From the NCBI GenBank assembly GCA_963667665.2, contig OY763927.2, forward strand, positions 1,152,001 through 1,216,000: a stretch of 64,000 nt of DNA. Direction: 5' to 3'. Both the position numbers and the translations under genes were made by a program. Below, one piece after another: positions 10,299-20,989 of this stretch; the first letter of the stretch is position 1; each line of letters begins with the position of its first letter. The notes below the pieces were generated by a model. It had not been told where the DNA came from, searched no databases, and saw only the letters and a list, made by a program, of their open reading frames with translations. Source of the stretch: Nitrosopumilus sp. (GTDB lineage: Archaea; Thermoproteota; Nitrososphaeria; Nitrososphaerales; Nitrosopumilaceae).

Positions 10299-10703
10299 AT
10301 GTCGATCAACAAAGAAAAGCTTGCAAAGAGACAGGAAATAAAAGGACATAATCCTGATTTTGTTAGACCAGAAAGTTGGCGTTATGTTAGATTACAAACT
10401 AATTGGAGAAAACCAAAAGGTATTGATCACCACCAAAGAAAACAAAAAAGTAGAGGTCGTCCAGGTCTTGTTAAAGTTGGATATGGAGGACCTAAAGAAG
10501 CAAGAGGATTACATCCTTCAGGATTTACAGATAATTTAGTTTACAATTTAAATGATTTAGAAAAATTAGATCCAAAAAAAGATGGTGTTAGATTTGGACA
10601 TAGTGTTGGTACTAAAAAGAGAAAAGAAATTGTTGCTAAAGCAGTTGAAGGAAAATTTAAAATTTTTAATGCGAGAGTGAATGTAAGTGGTAGTAAATCT
10701 TAA
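10299..10703 (+). CDS. rpl32e: 50S ribosomal protein eL32
   Basis: WRKPKGID and RGLHPSG motifs; true start taken at ATG 10299. Confidence 0.95.
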   Translation: MSINKEKLAKRQEIKGHNPDFVRPESWRYVRLQTNWRKPKGIDHHQRKQKSRGRPGLVKVGYGGPKEARGLHPSGFTDNLVYNLNDLEKLDPKKDGVRFGHSVGTKKRKEIVAKAVEGKFKIFNARVNVSGSKS

Positions 10704-11142
10704 AGCTAAAAAAAGACTGGCAGCTAGAGTTACTGGTGTCGGTGTTCATAGGATAAGATTTGATACTGATCATCTAGATGATGTTGCAGATGCAATTACA
10801 AGAGAAAATATTCGAAGTCTCATTACAGCAAATACAATTAGAATCAAATCATTTACAGGTACATCTAAAGGCAGAGCACATACAAAGAAAGCCCAGAAAA
10901 ACAAAAGAGGTATTACTCAAGGCACAAAAAAAGGTAGAAAAGGTGCACGAGTAGGTAAAAAAGAAGTATACGTTGCAAAAGTTCGTGCATTGAGACGATT
11001 GTTAAAGATTGCAAAAGACAGAAAAGATTTGACCAATCCAGAATTTTGGATACTCTACAAAAAAGTTGGTGGAAATACAGTTAGAAACAAAGCACACCTT
11101 AGAACTTTGATGGATGAAATTAAAGAAAAAAGAAATAACTAG
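10687..11142 (+). CDS. rpl19e: 50S ribosomal protein eL19
   Basis: KKRLAARV, AITRENIRSLI and KKGRKGAR motifs. Confidence 0.95.
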   Translation: MVVNLKAKKRLAARVTGVGVHRIRFDTDHLDDVADAITRENIRSLITANTIRIKSFTGTSKGRAHTKKAQKNKRGITQGTKKGRKGARVGKKEVYVAKVRALRRLLKIAKDRKDLTNPEFWILYKKVGGNTVRNKAHLRTLMDEIKEKRNN

Positions 11143-11438
11143 AATCTATATACTCTGTTTTTTAAATCCAGAATTTTACCATTTTTAATTTGAATGCCTT
11201 CATCATTTAGTAATTTTATTTTTACATGTTCTCCATACGCATAACCACCAATTTTTCCAGTAGACATCACCACCCTATGACATGGAATAATTACAGGGTA
11301 AGGATTTTTGTTCATTATTTTTCCAATTATTCTCTGTCCATTTTTCAACCCAACTGCTTTTGCTAATTCACCATAAGTTGTGATTTGACCTTTTGGAACC
11401 TCCAGTAATTTTTTGTAAATCTTTTGTTCAAGATTCAA
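11139..11438 (-). CDS. ogt: Methylated-DNA--protein-cysteine methyltransferase (MGMT C-terminal domain)
   Basis: TYGELA HTH and IPCHRVV active site. Confidence 0.92.
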   Translation of the reverse strand: MNLEQKIYKKLLEVPKGQITTYGELAKAVGLKNGQRIIGKIMNKNPYPVIIPCHRVVMSTGKIGGYAYGEHVKIKLLNDEGIQIKNGKILDLKNRVYRF

Positions 11439-12211
11439 AGTTTGATTACCTCAAGTTTTGTGGATTCAAGAAAACCAAGTACTTTCTGTTTATTGGATCC
11501 AAGTCCATTCCAATCCAAAAGAGCAGTTTGTGCCATACTATTTTGTGCAAGAATATGAGAAAATAATTTTTCATCAAGATTATCTAATGAATGTTTTGGA
11601 ATTACAGTTCCAAGTGCATATTTTCCTTCAAGTAGTTCATTTGTAAATTTTAAAGGATAGTGTGTTCCTCCAAAACAAATTGCCACAGGATTTTCTTTGA
11701 TTGGTTGTGTAATTACTTGATGAACCAATGTTGCTACTGAATTACACAAAGATATGTCGTTCCACTGTTTTTCAGATGTGCCTATTTCTATGAAAATAGA
11801 TGGTTTAGTCAGTGCAGTAGGCCCATGATGTGTTGCCTCTATAGTGATTTGGAATTCTGAAAATTTAGACTGATGTTTCTTCAAAGTTTGGAGATACGCT
11901 TTTTGAAGATGTGGGTGAGGGATTGATACTTGTTTTTCATTTCCACCAAATTTTGCTTCAGAAAAATTACCAGTGCAATGACAAGTTAATGCTAATACTC
12001 CTGATTCTGCAGCATGTTTTGAGAGAAATACAAATCCATCATAATGATATTTTTCTTCTAACCAATCTGCAGAAATTGCAGGAGTAGGAATTATTATCAT
12101 GTCATAAAATTTCCCATAGAAAATATCGCCTTCTTGGTTCATTTCTTTCGAAAGAAATTTTGCCATATTGTGACCTGCAGGATCATCTTGATACGCAACT
12201 AGTAGTTCCAT
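11435..12211 (-). CDS. dtdA: Archaeal D-aminoacyl-tRNA deacylase (DtdA/GEK1 family)
   Basis: FLSKH, EATHHGP, FIEIG and FGGTHY motifs; start taken at ATG 12211. Confidence 0.9.
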   Translation of the reverse strand: MELLVAYQDDPAGHNMAKFLSKEMNQEGDIFYGKFYDMIIIPTPAISADWLEEKYHYDGFVFLSKHAAESGVLALTCHCTGNFSEAKFGGNEKQVSIPHPHLQKAYLQTLKKHQSKFSEFQITIEATHHGPTALTKPSIFIEIGTSEKQWNDISLCNSVATLVHQVITQPIKENPVAICFGGTHYPLKFTNELLEGKYALGTVIPKHSLDNLDEKLFSHILAQNSMAQTALLDWNGLGSNKQKVLGFLESTKLEVIKL

Positions 12212-12250
12212 GAGATAAGAGATATAAAGACACCTTATTAATTTCCAGCA

Positions 12251-12427
12251 ATGAACCCTAAGCAGACTTTGAGAAACATGGTTAATATGATGAAAATGAC
12301 CAAAAAACCAGACAGAGATGAGTATCAACAACATCTTAGATTGGTAATGTTTGGAATAGCTGGAGTTGGTGCAATTGGATTTATTATTCAGTTTGTGTTT
12401 TCGGTAATTACATTTGGTAGGACATAA
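12251..12427 (+). CDS. secE: Protein translocase SecE / Sec61-gamma (58 aa)
   Basis: Not in the ORF track. Manual translation MNPKQTLRNMVNMMKMTKKPDRDEYQQHLRLVMFGIAGVGAIGFIIQFVFSVITFGRT; KP..EY motif plus TM helix; precedes spt5. Confidence 0.92.
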   Translation: MNPKQTLRNMVNMMKMTKKPDRDEYQQHLRLVMFGIAGVGAIGFIIQFVFSVITFGRT

Positions 12428-12921
12428 TGACAGAGGAAATAAAATCAACTGAGGAAGTTCAAACAACTGAGGAAATAAAATCACATTTGTTTGCAATTAG
12501 AACCACTGGTGGACAAGAAAAAGTGGTGATGAGGTTATTAGAAGCCAAGGCAAATGCAAATAAAATTAATATTCAATCAGTTTTGCTTGTTGATAATCTA
12601 AAAGGCTATGTTGTAGTTGAAGCAATCAATCCAAGTGATGCATACATGGCAGTTGAAGGAATAAGACACATTCGTGGTCAATTAAGAGGAGAATTAGAAT
12701 TCAAAGATATTGAAGGATATCTTATCAAGAAATCAACAGTTTCACAATTAGCAGTAGATAACGTAATAGAGATCACAGGAGGTCCATTCAAAGGAATGAA
12801 AGCAACAATTACCAGAATTGACGTTGAAAAAGAAGAAGCAACAGTAGTTTTGTTGGATGCATCATACCAATTACCAGTAACAGTAGATGCAAACTATCTG
12901 AAACTAGCAAGTGGGGCTTAG
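12427..12921 (+). CDS. spt5: Transcription elongation factor Spt5 (NusG)
   Basis: NGN domain (RTTGGQE, LKGYVVVEA) and KOW (ITGGPFKG). Confidence 0.96.
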   Translation: MTEEIKSTEEVQTTEEIKSHLFAIRTTGGQEKVVMRLLEAKANANKINIQSVLLVDNLKGYVVVEAINPSDAYMAVEGIRHIRGQLRGELEFKDIEGYLIKKSTVSQLAVDNVIEITGGPFKGMKATITRIDVEKEEATVVLLDASYQLPVTVDANYLKLASGA

Positions 12922-12956
12922 TAAGGATTAAATTTTTCATATTAAGAGGATAAAAA

Positions 12957-13436
12957 ATGGGAGAACAAAAAGTATCAGCACTTGTAACGGGAGGAGGAGC
13001 ATCTGCGGGTCCACCATTAGGTCCAGCATTAGGCCCTCTAGGTGTTAACATTATGGAAGTCATCAAAGCAATTAATGATAAAACAAAAGACTTTGAGGGA
13101 ATGAAAGTTCCTGTAATTGTTATTGTTGATACTGATACAAAAAAATATGAAATTGAGATAGGTATTCCTTCAGCTGCAGCCCTCATTATGAAAGAAGCAG
13201 GAATCCAAAAAGGCTCAGGTGCATCAGGAACTGAATGGGCAGGGGATATCACAATGGATTCAATTGTCAAAGTTGCAAATACAAAACTTGAGAAATCTTA
13301 TACTTCTTCATTGAAATCTGTTGCAAAATCCATCATTGGCACATGTGTAGCATTAGGAGTCAAAGTAGAAGGAAAGACTCCAAAAGAAATTACCGTCGAA
13401 ATTAATGATGGTAAATGGGATGAAAAATTCCAATAA
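12957..13436 (+). CDS. rpl11: 50S ribosomal protein uL11
   Basis: GPPLGPALGPLGVN motif. Confidence 0.97.
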   Translation: MGEQKVSALVTGGGASAGPPLGPALGPLGVNIMEVIKAINDKTKDFEGMKVPVIVIVDTDTKKYEIEIGIPSAAALIMKEAGIQKGSGASGTEWAGDITMDSIVKVANTKLEKSYTSSLKSVAKSIIGTCVALGVKVEGKTPKEITVEINDGKWDEKFQ

Positions 13437-13892
13437 TTATTGAATTAGATAAACAGGATCTTTATCGGTTTTTTGTAATTCTACAAAGGTTTCAGTATTT
13501 TGAATACCATCTATTTTTCCAATTTTTTCAATTACTACTGTATGAAGGGCTTCAAGATTCTTTGCATAAACATGAATCATTATATCGAATCTACCAGTGA
13601 TTTCAGAGATTGATACAACTTCTGGTGTTTCCATGAATTGTTTATGAATTGCATCCTTAAACTTTGGATCTCGATTGATTCCAACAGTGGCTTTTACACC
13701 AATACCTAAGAGAGAATCATCAATTTCTATGGTAAATTTTTTGACCAATTTTTTCTTTAGTAATCTCTTGATTCTACTATAAAGCACAGAAGCATTGATC
13801 CCAAGTTTTTTTGATAAAATAGGAACAGAGATAGATCCATCTTTAGTTAATTCATAAAGCAATTTCATATCAAGTTCATCAAATCTGTGCAT
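13437..13892 (-). CDS. Lrp/AsnC family transcriptional regulator
   Basis: DELDMKLL N-terminal HTH and ITGRFD RAM domain. Confidence 0.92.
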   Translation of the reverse strand: MHRFDELDMKLLYELTKDGSISVPILSKKLGINASVLYSRIKRLLKKKLVKKFTIEIDDSLLGIGVKATVGINRDPKFKDAIHKQFMETPEVVSISEITGRFDIMIHVYAKNLEALHTVVIEKIGKIDGIQNTETFVELQKTDKDPVYLIQ

Positions 13893-14058
13893 TGTGTTAG
13901 AAAATTATACTTGTGATTTAATATATGTAGGTTTTCAGACAAATTTCCCTTCGAATTACATCTATTTTATTGAAAAAGTGTAATTTTTTAAAATAATCAA
14001 TAATCAAAAATCTTAACCTCTAAACGATTTTAAGTAGGCTTTCTCGAAAATGTTCGTA

Positions 14059-14721
14059 ATGATTACAGAGACACAACTTACTGAAGTGATTAAAAAAGTC
14101 AAAGATGAAACTAAACAGAGAAAATTTACACAAGCTATAGAACTAATTATTAATTTCAAAGATATTGATGTCAAGAAAGGATTTGCTCTAAATGAAATAG
14201 TTCAACTTCCAAAGACAAGTTCTCCAGCAACTGTTTGTGTTATGGCTACAGGAGATATGAGTCAGAAAGCAAAACAGGCAAATGCTGATGCAGTTATTGG
14301 AACAGCAGAACTAGATAAATTTGCAACTAACAAAAGAGAATCTAGAAAATTCATTAACAAATATGATTTCTTTTTAGCAGACACTAAAGTCATGCCACTT
14401 GTAGGTAAAACTTTGGGTCAATTCTTAGGTCCTAGAGGAAAAATGCCAACACCAGTTCCATTTGATGCACCAATTGAATCATTTTTACAAAGATTTAGAT
14501 CATCAATCAAAGTTAGAACAAGAGCATCTTTATCCATATCATGTAAAATTGGAGACGAATCTATGGAGGACACAGACTTGGCAATTAATGCACATGCTGT
14601 AATTAGTGCAATTGAAAAGAAATTACCAAACGGTGAGAAGAACATTAAAAAAATTATGATAAAGACTACAATGGGTAAACCAGTAAAACAAGTACAAGAG
14701 GTTAAGAAGAAACGTGCATGA
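14059..14721 (+). CDS. rpl1: 50S ribosomal protein uL1
   Basis: RKFTQAIELI, LGPRGKMP and KTTMG motifs. Confidence 0.96.
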   Translation: MITETQLTEVIKKVKDETKQRKFTQAIELIINFKDIDVKKGFALNEIVQLPKTSSPATVCVMATGDMSQKAKQANADAVIGTAELDKFATNKRESRKFINKYDFFLADTKVMPLVGKTLGQFLGPRGKMPTPVPFDAPIESFLQRFRSSIKVRTRASLSISCKIGDESMEDTDLAINAHAVISAIEKKLPNGEKNIKKIMIKTTMGKPVKQVQEVKKKRA

Positions 14722-15580
14722 GAATAGAACATCTTATCCTAAAAGAAAAACCCAAATGTATCAACAATTACAAGAGTTGCCAAAAAAATACAAAGTTCTA
14801 GCTATAATCAAAATGAACAAAGTACGTTCCACACAAATATTACCATTAAGAAAAATTCTCAAAGATGACGTAGAATTTGTAAGTATCAAAGACAAAGTTG
14901 CAAAAAAAGCACTTGAGAAACTAGACGTGCCTGGAATCAAAGACATGATTGGAGAACTTACAGGACAATGCATGTTCATGTTTACTAACATGTCACCATT
15001 CAAGCTAAATGTCCTTCTAGCCAAAAATAAAATCATGATGATTGCAAGAGGAGGTGATATTGCAAGTATAGACATTGTAGTACCTGCAAAAAATACAGGA
15101 ATTGCACCAGGACCAATGCTTACAGAATTCAAAGAAGCAGGTATTCCAACTAAAATTGATCAAGGAACAATTTGGATTGCAAAAGATAGTACTCCTGTTT
15201 TGAAAGGTGAAGTAATCAATGAAAAATTGGCAACAATTCTTGGAAAATTAGATATCAAGCCAGTAGAGGCAGGAATTTCACTTTATTCAGCACTAGAAGA
15301 TGGACTCAAGTATGCTGAAGAAGAGATGGTAATTGACGTTGAGAAAATTAGAGGAGAATTTGCACAAGCACACCAAGAAGCAATTTCATTATCTATTGCA
15401 GCAGCATATGTTACTTCAGAAAATATTTCACAAATTCTTAATAAAGCATCTCAATCTGCACGTTCCGTATCTGTTGAATCAGGTTATATGACTGATGAAA
15501 CAAAGGAGCAGATTTTACAAAAAGCAGATGCTCAAGCTAAAGCAGTTGCTGGACAAGCAAAAGATTACACACCTGCATAA
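14714..15580 (+). CDS. rpl10: 50S ribosomal protein uL10 (P0)
   Basis: ARGGDIA..DIVVPAKNTGIAPGP and IPTKIDQGTIWI motifs. Confidence 0.96.
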   Translation: MHENRTSYPKRKTQMYQQLQELPKKYKVLAIIKMNKVRSTQILPLRKILKDDVEFVSIKDKVAKKALEKLDVPGIKDMIGELTGQCMFMFTNMSPFKLNVLLAKNKIMMIARGGDIASIDIVVPAKNTGIAPGPMLTEFKEAGIPTKIDQGTIWIAKDSTPVLKGEVINEKLATILGKLDIKPVEAGISLYSALEDGLKYAEEEMVIDVEKIRGEFAQAHQEAISLSIAAAYVTSENISQILNKASQSARSVSVESGYMTDETKEQILQKADAQAKAVAGQAKDYTPA

Positions 15581-15615
15581 ATTAAAATCTAGAACCAGAG
15601 AAATTATTAATTAAG

Positions 15616-16509
15616 TTATTCTTTATCCGTATTTTTTATAATGAGATCAATAACATCTGATGCTCTAAATGAACTTCTAACGAATGGGCCAGATTCTACA
15701 TGCAAGAATCCCAGTTTTTTCAAATCAAGTTTTAATTGGTAAAATTTTTCTGGTGTTACAAACTCCTTCACTGAAAGATGTGATAAAGATGGTTGTAAGT
15801 ACTGACCAAGAGTAATGAAATCAACATCAACATCTCTGAGTTCTTGTGCAGTTTGTAGAATTTCTTCTTTTGATTCACCTAATCCCAACATCAAAGATGA
15901 TTTTGTAAAAATGCTAGAATTTATTTCTTTTACATATTTCAGAACTTTCAGTGATTGCTTGTAATTTGCTCGAAGGTCTCTAATAGAGGGACTTAATCTT
16001 TTGACAGTTTCAACATTATGACCAATTACATTGGGTTTTGCTTTTGCTATCGTTTCGATGAATTTTTCATTTCCACTAAAATCAGGAATTAATGACTCAA
16101 CTACTGTATTTGGGCATTCAGATTTTATGCATTGAATAGTTTTAGCAAAATGCTCAGAGCCTTCATCTGGAAGATCATCTCTGCAAACAGACGTGATTAC
16201 TATATAACGAAGATTCCAATCTTTGATTGCTTCTGCTACATGTTGAGGCTCCTTAGAATCTAATTCGAAGGGTTTTCCAGTTTCAACATTGCAAAATTTG
16301 CAGCCACGTGAGCACACATCACCCATGATCATAATTGTTGCAGTTCCTACACCCCAACATTCAGAAATATTAGGACAGGAGGCCTCCTCACAAACAGTAT
16401 GTAGATTATATTTTTGCAAAGTCTTTCTAACTTTGAGATAGTTTTCACCTGAAGGAATTTTCATTTTTAACCAGCTGGGCCGGATTAAACTCATTGATTC
16501 AATGAACAT
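15616..16509 (-). CDS. lipA: Lipoyl synthase (radical SAM)
   Basis: CEEASCPNISEC (CX4CX5C), CSRGCKFC, GQYLQP and VRSSF motifs. Confidence 0.96.
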   Translation of the reverse strand: MFIESMSLIRPSWLKMKIPSGENYLKVRKTLQKYNLHTVCEEASCPNISECWGVGTATIMIMGDVCSRGCKFCNVETGKPFELDSKEPQHVAEAIKDWNLRYIVITSVCRDDLPDEGSEHFAKTIQCIKSECPNTVVESLIPDFSGNEKFIETIAKAKPNVIGHNVETVKRLSPSIRDLRANYKQSLKVLKYVKEINSSIFTKSSLMLGLGESKEEILQTAQELRDVDVDFITLGQYLQPSLSHLSVKEFVTPEKFYQLKLDLKKLGFLHVESGPFVRSSFRASDVIDLIIKNTDKE

Positions 16510-16536
16510 ATAACAAATAATAACATTTTACATTTC

Positions 16537-17592
16537 ATGCGATCTCCATTTTTCAAAAAACATTTAGAATCAAAAGCCAAAATGGTTGACTTTCATGGAT
16601 GGGAAATGCCATTACAGTATTCTGGAATTATTGATGAGCACAAAAATGTCAGAGAAAGCGTTGGATTGTTTGATGTTTCTCATATGGGTAGATTCAAGAT
16701 TATAGGAGATGCAGAATCACAAATACAACATTTGATAACAAATGACATTTCAAAGATTGGTGACAAACAAGCTATCTATTCTCCAATGTGTAACGAAAAT
16801 GGTGGAATAATAGACGATGTGATAGTTAGCAGAATCAATTCAGATGAATTTGTAATTGTTGTAAATTCATCAAACATCAAAAAAGATCTTGATTGGATCA
16901 CAGAGAATGTAAAGTCATGTGAGATTCAAAATGTCACAGATGACTATGCGTTATTAGCACTGCAAGGTCCAAAAGCTGAAAATGTTCTAAAAGATGCAGG
17001 GGTTGAGCAAATAGAAGATCTCAAGTCATTTCATTTACTTGAAACAAAACTATACAAAACTGATTGTATTATTTCAAGAACTGGGTACACTGGTGAAGAT
17101 GGATTTGAGTTATTTTTTGATTCAAAACAGCTACAAGTTTGGGAAAAATTATTGGAAACAGGCACAAAATATGGAATAAAGCCTATTGGTTTGGGTGCAC
17201 GGGACACACTAAGACTCGAAGCAGGATTGATGCTTTATGGGAATGACATTGATGAGACAATCACTCCACTTGAAGCACCACTAAAGTGGACCGTAAAATT
17301 TGAGACTGAATTTATTGGAAAAACAGCACTTGAACACAAAAAAGTGGAGAGAAAAATGAGAGGTTTTGAAATTATCGAAGCAAAAAGAGTTGCTAGAAAA
17401 GACAACAAGGTTTACGATGAGAAAGAGGAGATCGGAATTGTAACATCAGGTAGTTTCTCCCCCACACTTGGCAAGCCAATTGGATATTGTTTTGTACCTG
17501 TAGAATATTCTTTAGAGAGAAAAATTAAGATCGATATTGGTGATAAATTCTATGATAGCAAGTTAACATCTACTAGATTTTATAAAAGATAA
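16537..17592 (+). CDS. gcvT: Glycine cleavage system T protein (aminomethyltransferase)
   Basis: GWEMPLQY, LFDVSHMG, SRTGYTGEDGFE and GLGARDTLRLEAG motifs. Confidence 0.97.
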   Translation: MRSPFFKKHLESKAKMVDFHGWEMPLQYSGIIDEHKNVRESVGLFDVSHMGRFKIIGDAESQIQHLITNDISKIGDKQAIYSPMCNENGGIIDDVIVSRINSDEFVIVVNSSNIKKDLDWITENVKSCEIQNVTDDYALLALQGPKAENVLKDAGVEQIEDLKSFHLLETKLYKTDCIISRTGYTGEDGFELFFDSKQLQVWEKLLETGTKYGIKPIGLGARDTLRLEAGLMLYGNDIDETITPLEAPLKWTVKFETEFIGKTALEHKKVERKMRGFEIIEAKRVARKDNKVYDEKEEIGIVTSGSFSPTLGKPIGYCFVPVEYSLERKIKIDIGDKFYDSKLTSTRFYKR

Positions 17593-17629
17593 AACAACTT
17601 TTTTTAAAGAGATTATTTCAGAGTCTGCC

Positions 17630-18010
17630 GTGGCAGGAAAAAAATTTACTAAAGAACATGAATGGGTTGAAAAAAGCGATCAAAGTATAATTGTTGGAAT
17701 AACAGAATTTGCACAAGATCAGCTTGGAGACATAGTATCAATTGAATTACCTAAAGTTTCAAGTTCATTCAAACAAAATGATGTCATGGTAATCATAGAT
17801 TCCGTCAAAGCATCATCTGATATCTACTGTCCAGTAGATGGAGAAATTATTGAAATTAATGAAAAATTATTAGAACATCCAGAATTAATCAATCAGTCAC
17901 CCTATGAAGAAGGATGGATTGTGAAAATAAAACCAAGTAATCATGAGCAAATAGATTCTTTGCTTTCTAAAGAACAATATGATGAACTAGTAGGACAAAA
18001 TAAGGAGTAA
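17630..18010 (+). CDS. gcvH: Glycine cleavage system H protein
   Basis: HEWV, GITEFAQDQLGDIV, lipoyl-Lys in DSVKAS, NQSPYEEGW. Confidence 0.96.
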   Translation: MAGKKFTKEHEWVEKSDQSIIVGITEFAQDQLGDIVSIELPKVSSSFKQNDVMVIIDSVKASSDIYCPVDGEIIEINEKLLEHPELINQSPYEEGWIVKIKPSNHEQIDSLLSKEQYDELVGQNKE

Positions 18011-18013
18011 TCA

Positions 18014-19267
18014 ATGAACTTTATTCCGCATACAAAAGAAGACATTTCTAAAATGCTTTCAGTTGTTGGATGCTCAACATTAGATGAATTATTTTCAGAA
18101 TTCAAACCAAGACTTTCTGAATTAAAGCTAGACAGTCCGTTAAGTGAGATGGAATTAGTTTCATACATTACATCTTTGTCAGAAAAAAATTCAAAAATGA
18201 AATACTTTGCAGGTGGTGGGTCTTATGATCATTACATACCATCGGTGATCAATCATCTTGTGTCAAGAGGAGAATTTTTGACATCATACACACCATATCA
18301 ACCAGAAGCTAGTCAGGGAGTTTTGCAGGTTTTATACGAATTTCAGTCATTCATATGCCTTCTTACAGGCATGGATGTCTCAAATGCATCTCTTTATGAC
18401 GGTGCATCAGCCTTGGCTGAAGCAGCATTGCTATCCAGTGCACACACCAAACGAAAGGATGTTTTTGTAGATGATGGACTTAATCCAGAATATCTCAAAG
18501 TTCTTCAAACATACTGTGATGGTACAGAGCTTACCATTACAAATACAATTGATGAAAATACTGCATGTGTAATTTCACAGACTCCAGACTTTTATGGTAA
18601 TATCAAAAACTCTCAAAGCTTGATTGATAAGGCTCATCAAAACAATGCACTGTTCATAAACTGTATCTCAGATCCAACCTCTTTGGCAATACTCAAAACT
18701 CCTGGAGAATTTGGTGCAGATGTTGTTGTTGGAGAAGGTCAAGCATTTGGTATACCAAAAAGTTTTGGTGGTCCTTATCTAGGATTTATTGCAGTAAAAC
18801 AATTTTTGACAAAAAAATTACCAGGAAGAATTGTAGGAATGACTACAGATTACCAAGGCAATGAAGGTTTTGTTTTGACATTACAAGCAAGAGAGCAGTT
18901 CATCAGAAGGGAACGCGCCACAAGTAACATTACTACAAATCAGACACTGCTGGCATTAACTGCAACAATTTACTTGGCATCATTAGGAAAATCTGGACTT
19001 CAAAATGTAGCAAGGGCATCATATCACAGAGCACATCTTTTGCATGAAAAGTTAAGGAAAAATGGCTTTGATGCCATCAACACAAATCCATTTTATAATG
19101 AATTTTTAGTAAAATCACCAAAACCATCTGAAAAAATAATTGCAGATTTGATGGAATGTGGCATTTTTGGTGGAATAGATGTTGGAGACAATAAATTATT
19201 GGTATGTTGCACTGAAAAAAATTCACTTCAAGATATTGGTTCATATATTTCGGCGGTAAGTAAATGA
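18014..19267 (+). CDS. gcvPA: Glycine dehydrogenase (decarboxylating) subunit 1
   Basis: YTPYQPEASQG, NASLYDG, GGPYLG and RRERATSNI motifs. Confidence 0.96.
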   Translation: MNFIPHTKEDISKMLSVVGCSTLDELFSEFKPRLSELKLDSPLSEMELVSYITSLSEKNSKMKYFAGGGSYDHYIPSVINHLVSRGEFLTSYTPYQPEASQGVLQVLYEFQSFICLLTGMDVSNASLYDGASALAEAALLSSAHTKRKDVFVDDGLNPEYLKVLQTYCDGTELTITNTIDENTACVISQTPDFYGNIKNSQSLIDKAHQNNALFINCISDPTSLAILKTPGEFGADVVVGEGQAFGIPKSFGGPYLGFIAVKQFLTKKLPGRIVGMTTDYQGNEGFVLTLQAREQFIRRERATSNITTNQTLLALTATIYLASLGKSGLQNVARASYHRAHLLHEKLRKNGFDAINTNPFYNEFLVKSPKPSEKIIADLMECGIFGGIDVGDNKLLVCCTEKNSLQDIGSYISAVSK

Positions 19268-20676
19268 AATTAATTTTTGACTACAACCAATCAAATACAA
19301 AGCATACACCTTCTCAAGAAAATGATGTAGATTTGCCTGAAGATCTAAAAAGAAGTTCTCTTCCATTATGTGATGTAAACGAGATTCAAATTATTAGACA
19401 CTACACTGAGTTGTCAAGAAAAAATTATGGTATTGACACCAATTTTTATCCTCTAGGCTCATGCACCATGAAGTACAATCCCAGAGTAAATGAAGATCTT
19501 GCCAAACTACCAGGATTTTCAAACTTACACCCTCTCATGCCTACTACTCATGCACAAGGGGCATTGCAAGTCATTTGGGAACTAGAAGATAATCTAAAAG
19601 AAATCACTGGAATGGATGCGTTTTCTCTTCAACCATCTGCTGGTTCACAATGTGAATTGCTTGGAGTAATGATTGCAAAAAAATATTTTGCTGAAAAAAA
19701 TGAGAACAGAACAAAAATAATAATTCCAGACTCTGCTCATGGAACAAATCCTGCAACTGCAGCCATGTGTAAATTCCAAACAGTTACGATTCCAACAGAT
19801 GTACGTGGTAACATGGACATTAATGAATTCAAAAAGGCGATAGGACCAGATGTGGCAGTTGTAATGATTACAAATCCAAACACTTTGGGGTTATATGAAG
19901 AAAATTTATCTGAGATCAAAGATCTTGCAAAAGAAAATGGAGCGCTAATGTATTGTGATGGTGCAAACATGAATGCACTTTTGGGAATTAGTAAACCTGC
20001 AGATCAAGGATTTGATATGATGCATCTTAACTTACACAAGACATTTTCTACACCACATGGTGGTGGTGGACCTGGCGGAGGAGCACTTGGAGTTAGATCA
20101 TTTCTTGAAGATTATTTACCAGTACCAAGAATTAAAAAAGAAAATGAACAATTCATTTTTGATTCTAACAAAGAAAAGAGTGTAGGTAAGCTGCATTCGT
20201 TTTATGGAAACTTTGGAATACTTGTTCGCGCATTATCATACTTAAAATCATGGGGATCAGACATTCAAAAAGTTTCACAGATAGCAGTTTTAAATGCAAA
20301 TTATCTTTTTAGTTTGCTAAAAGAAGACTTTGATGTACCATATGACAGGAGGTGTGCACATGAATTTGTCATATCTGCAAAAAACTTTGGTGAGAAAAGT
20401 ACTATTAACATTGCAAAAAGAATTACAGATTATGGTTTTCATGCACCTACAATTTACTTTCCATTGATTGTAAAAGAGGCCTTGATGATAGAGCCAACAG
20501 AAACTGAAAGCAAAGACACACTAGATGAGTTTGCTAAGGTCTTGAAAACCATCATCAAAGAACTAAAAGAAGACCCAGAATTAGTCAAAAATGCACCTCA
20601 TACCATTCCTGGAAGATTAGATGAGGTAAAGGCAGCACGCCAGCTAAATTTACGATGGATGCCTAAGGAATCATAA
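19264..20676 (+). CDS. gcvPB: Glycine dehydrogenase (decarboxylating) subunit 2
   Basis: PLGSCTMKYNP; PLP-Lys in HLNLHKTFSTPHGGGGPG; IEPTETE. Confidence 0.97.
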   Translation: MKLIFDYNQSNTKHTPSQENDVDLPEDLKRSSLPLCDVNEIQIIRHYTELSRKNYGIDTNFYPLGSCTMKYNPRVNEDLAKLPGFSNLHPLMPTTHAQGALQVIWELEDNLKEITGMDAFSLQPSAGSQCELLGVMIAKKYFAEKNENRTKIIIPDSAHGTNPATAAMCKFQTVTIPTDVRGNMDINEFKKAIGPDVAVVMITNPNTLGLYEENLSEIKDLAKENGALMYCDGANMNALLGISKPADQGFDMMHLNLHKTFSTPHGGGGPGGGALGVRSFLEDYLPVPRIKKENEQFIFDSNKEKSVGKLHSFYGNFGILVRALSYLKSWGSDIQKVSQIAVLNANYLFSLLKEDFDVPYDRRCAHEFVISAKNFGEKSTINIAKRITDYGFHAPTIYFPLIVKEALMIEPTETESKDTLDEFAKVLKTIIKELKEDPELVKNAPHTIPGRLDEVKAARQLNLRWMPKES

Positions 20677-20677
20677 A

Positions 20678-20989
20678 TTGAATTCCAGCCACGATGAAAT
20701 CATTACTAAAATTATCACAGCAAAACTAGGCAAGATTGTAAAAATCGAGCTTGCCTACAAGCAAGAATCACAATTGATTCATTCAATTAGAATAACAGGT
20801 GATTTTTTTGTTCATCCTGAAGAAGTAATTGAAGAACTAGAGCAAGGACTTTGTGGAATCAAATTAGAAAAAGAAGATTTGAAAAACAAAATTCATTTAG
20901 TTTTGAAGAACTCAGAGATTTTTGGATTTGAAATTGATTCGTTAGTTGATGTTATACTTGATACAAAAGGTGATAAAAATAAAATTTGA
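20678..20989 (+). CDS. Lipoate-protein ligase small accessory subunit (stand-alone LplA C-terminal domain, LplB-like)
   Basis: IRITGDFFVHPEEVIEELEQGL motif; directly upstream of the ligase catalytic domain. Confidence 0.82.
   Translation: MNSSHDEIITKIITAKLGKIVKIELAYKQESQLIHSIRITGDFFVHPEEVIEELEQGLCGIKLEKEDLKNKIHLVLKNSEIFGFEIDSLVDVILDTKGDKNKI

Noticed and set aside
10092-12496. Long N-terminal extensions in the ORF track for rpl32e and dtdA (also argF and PEFG genes 1 and 4)
   Set aside because: Longest-ORF artefacts; they run through promoters or neighbouring genes such as pckA and secE.
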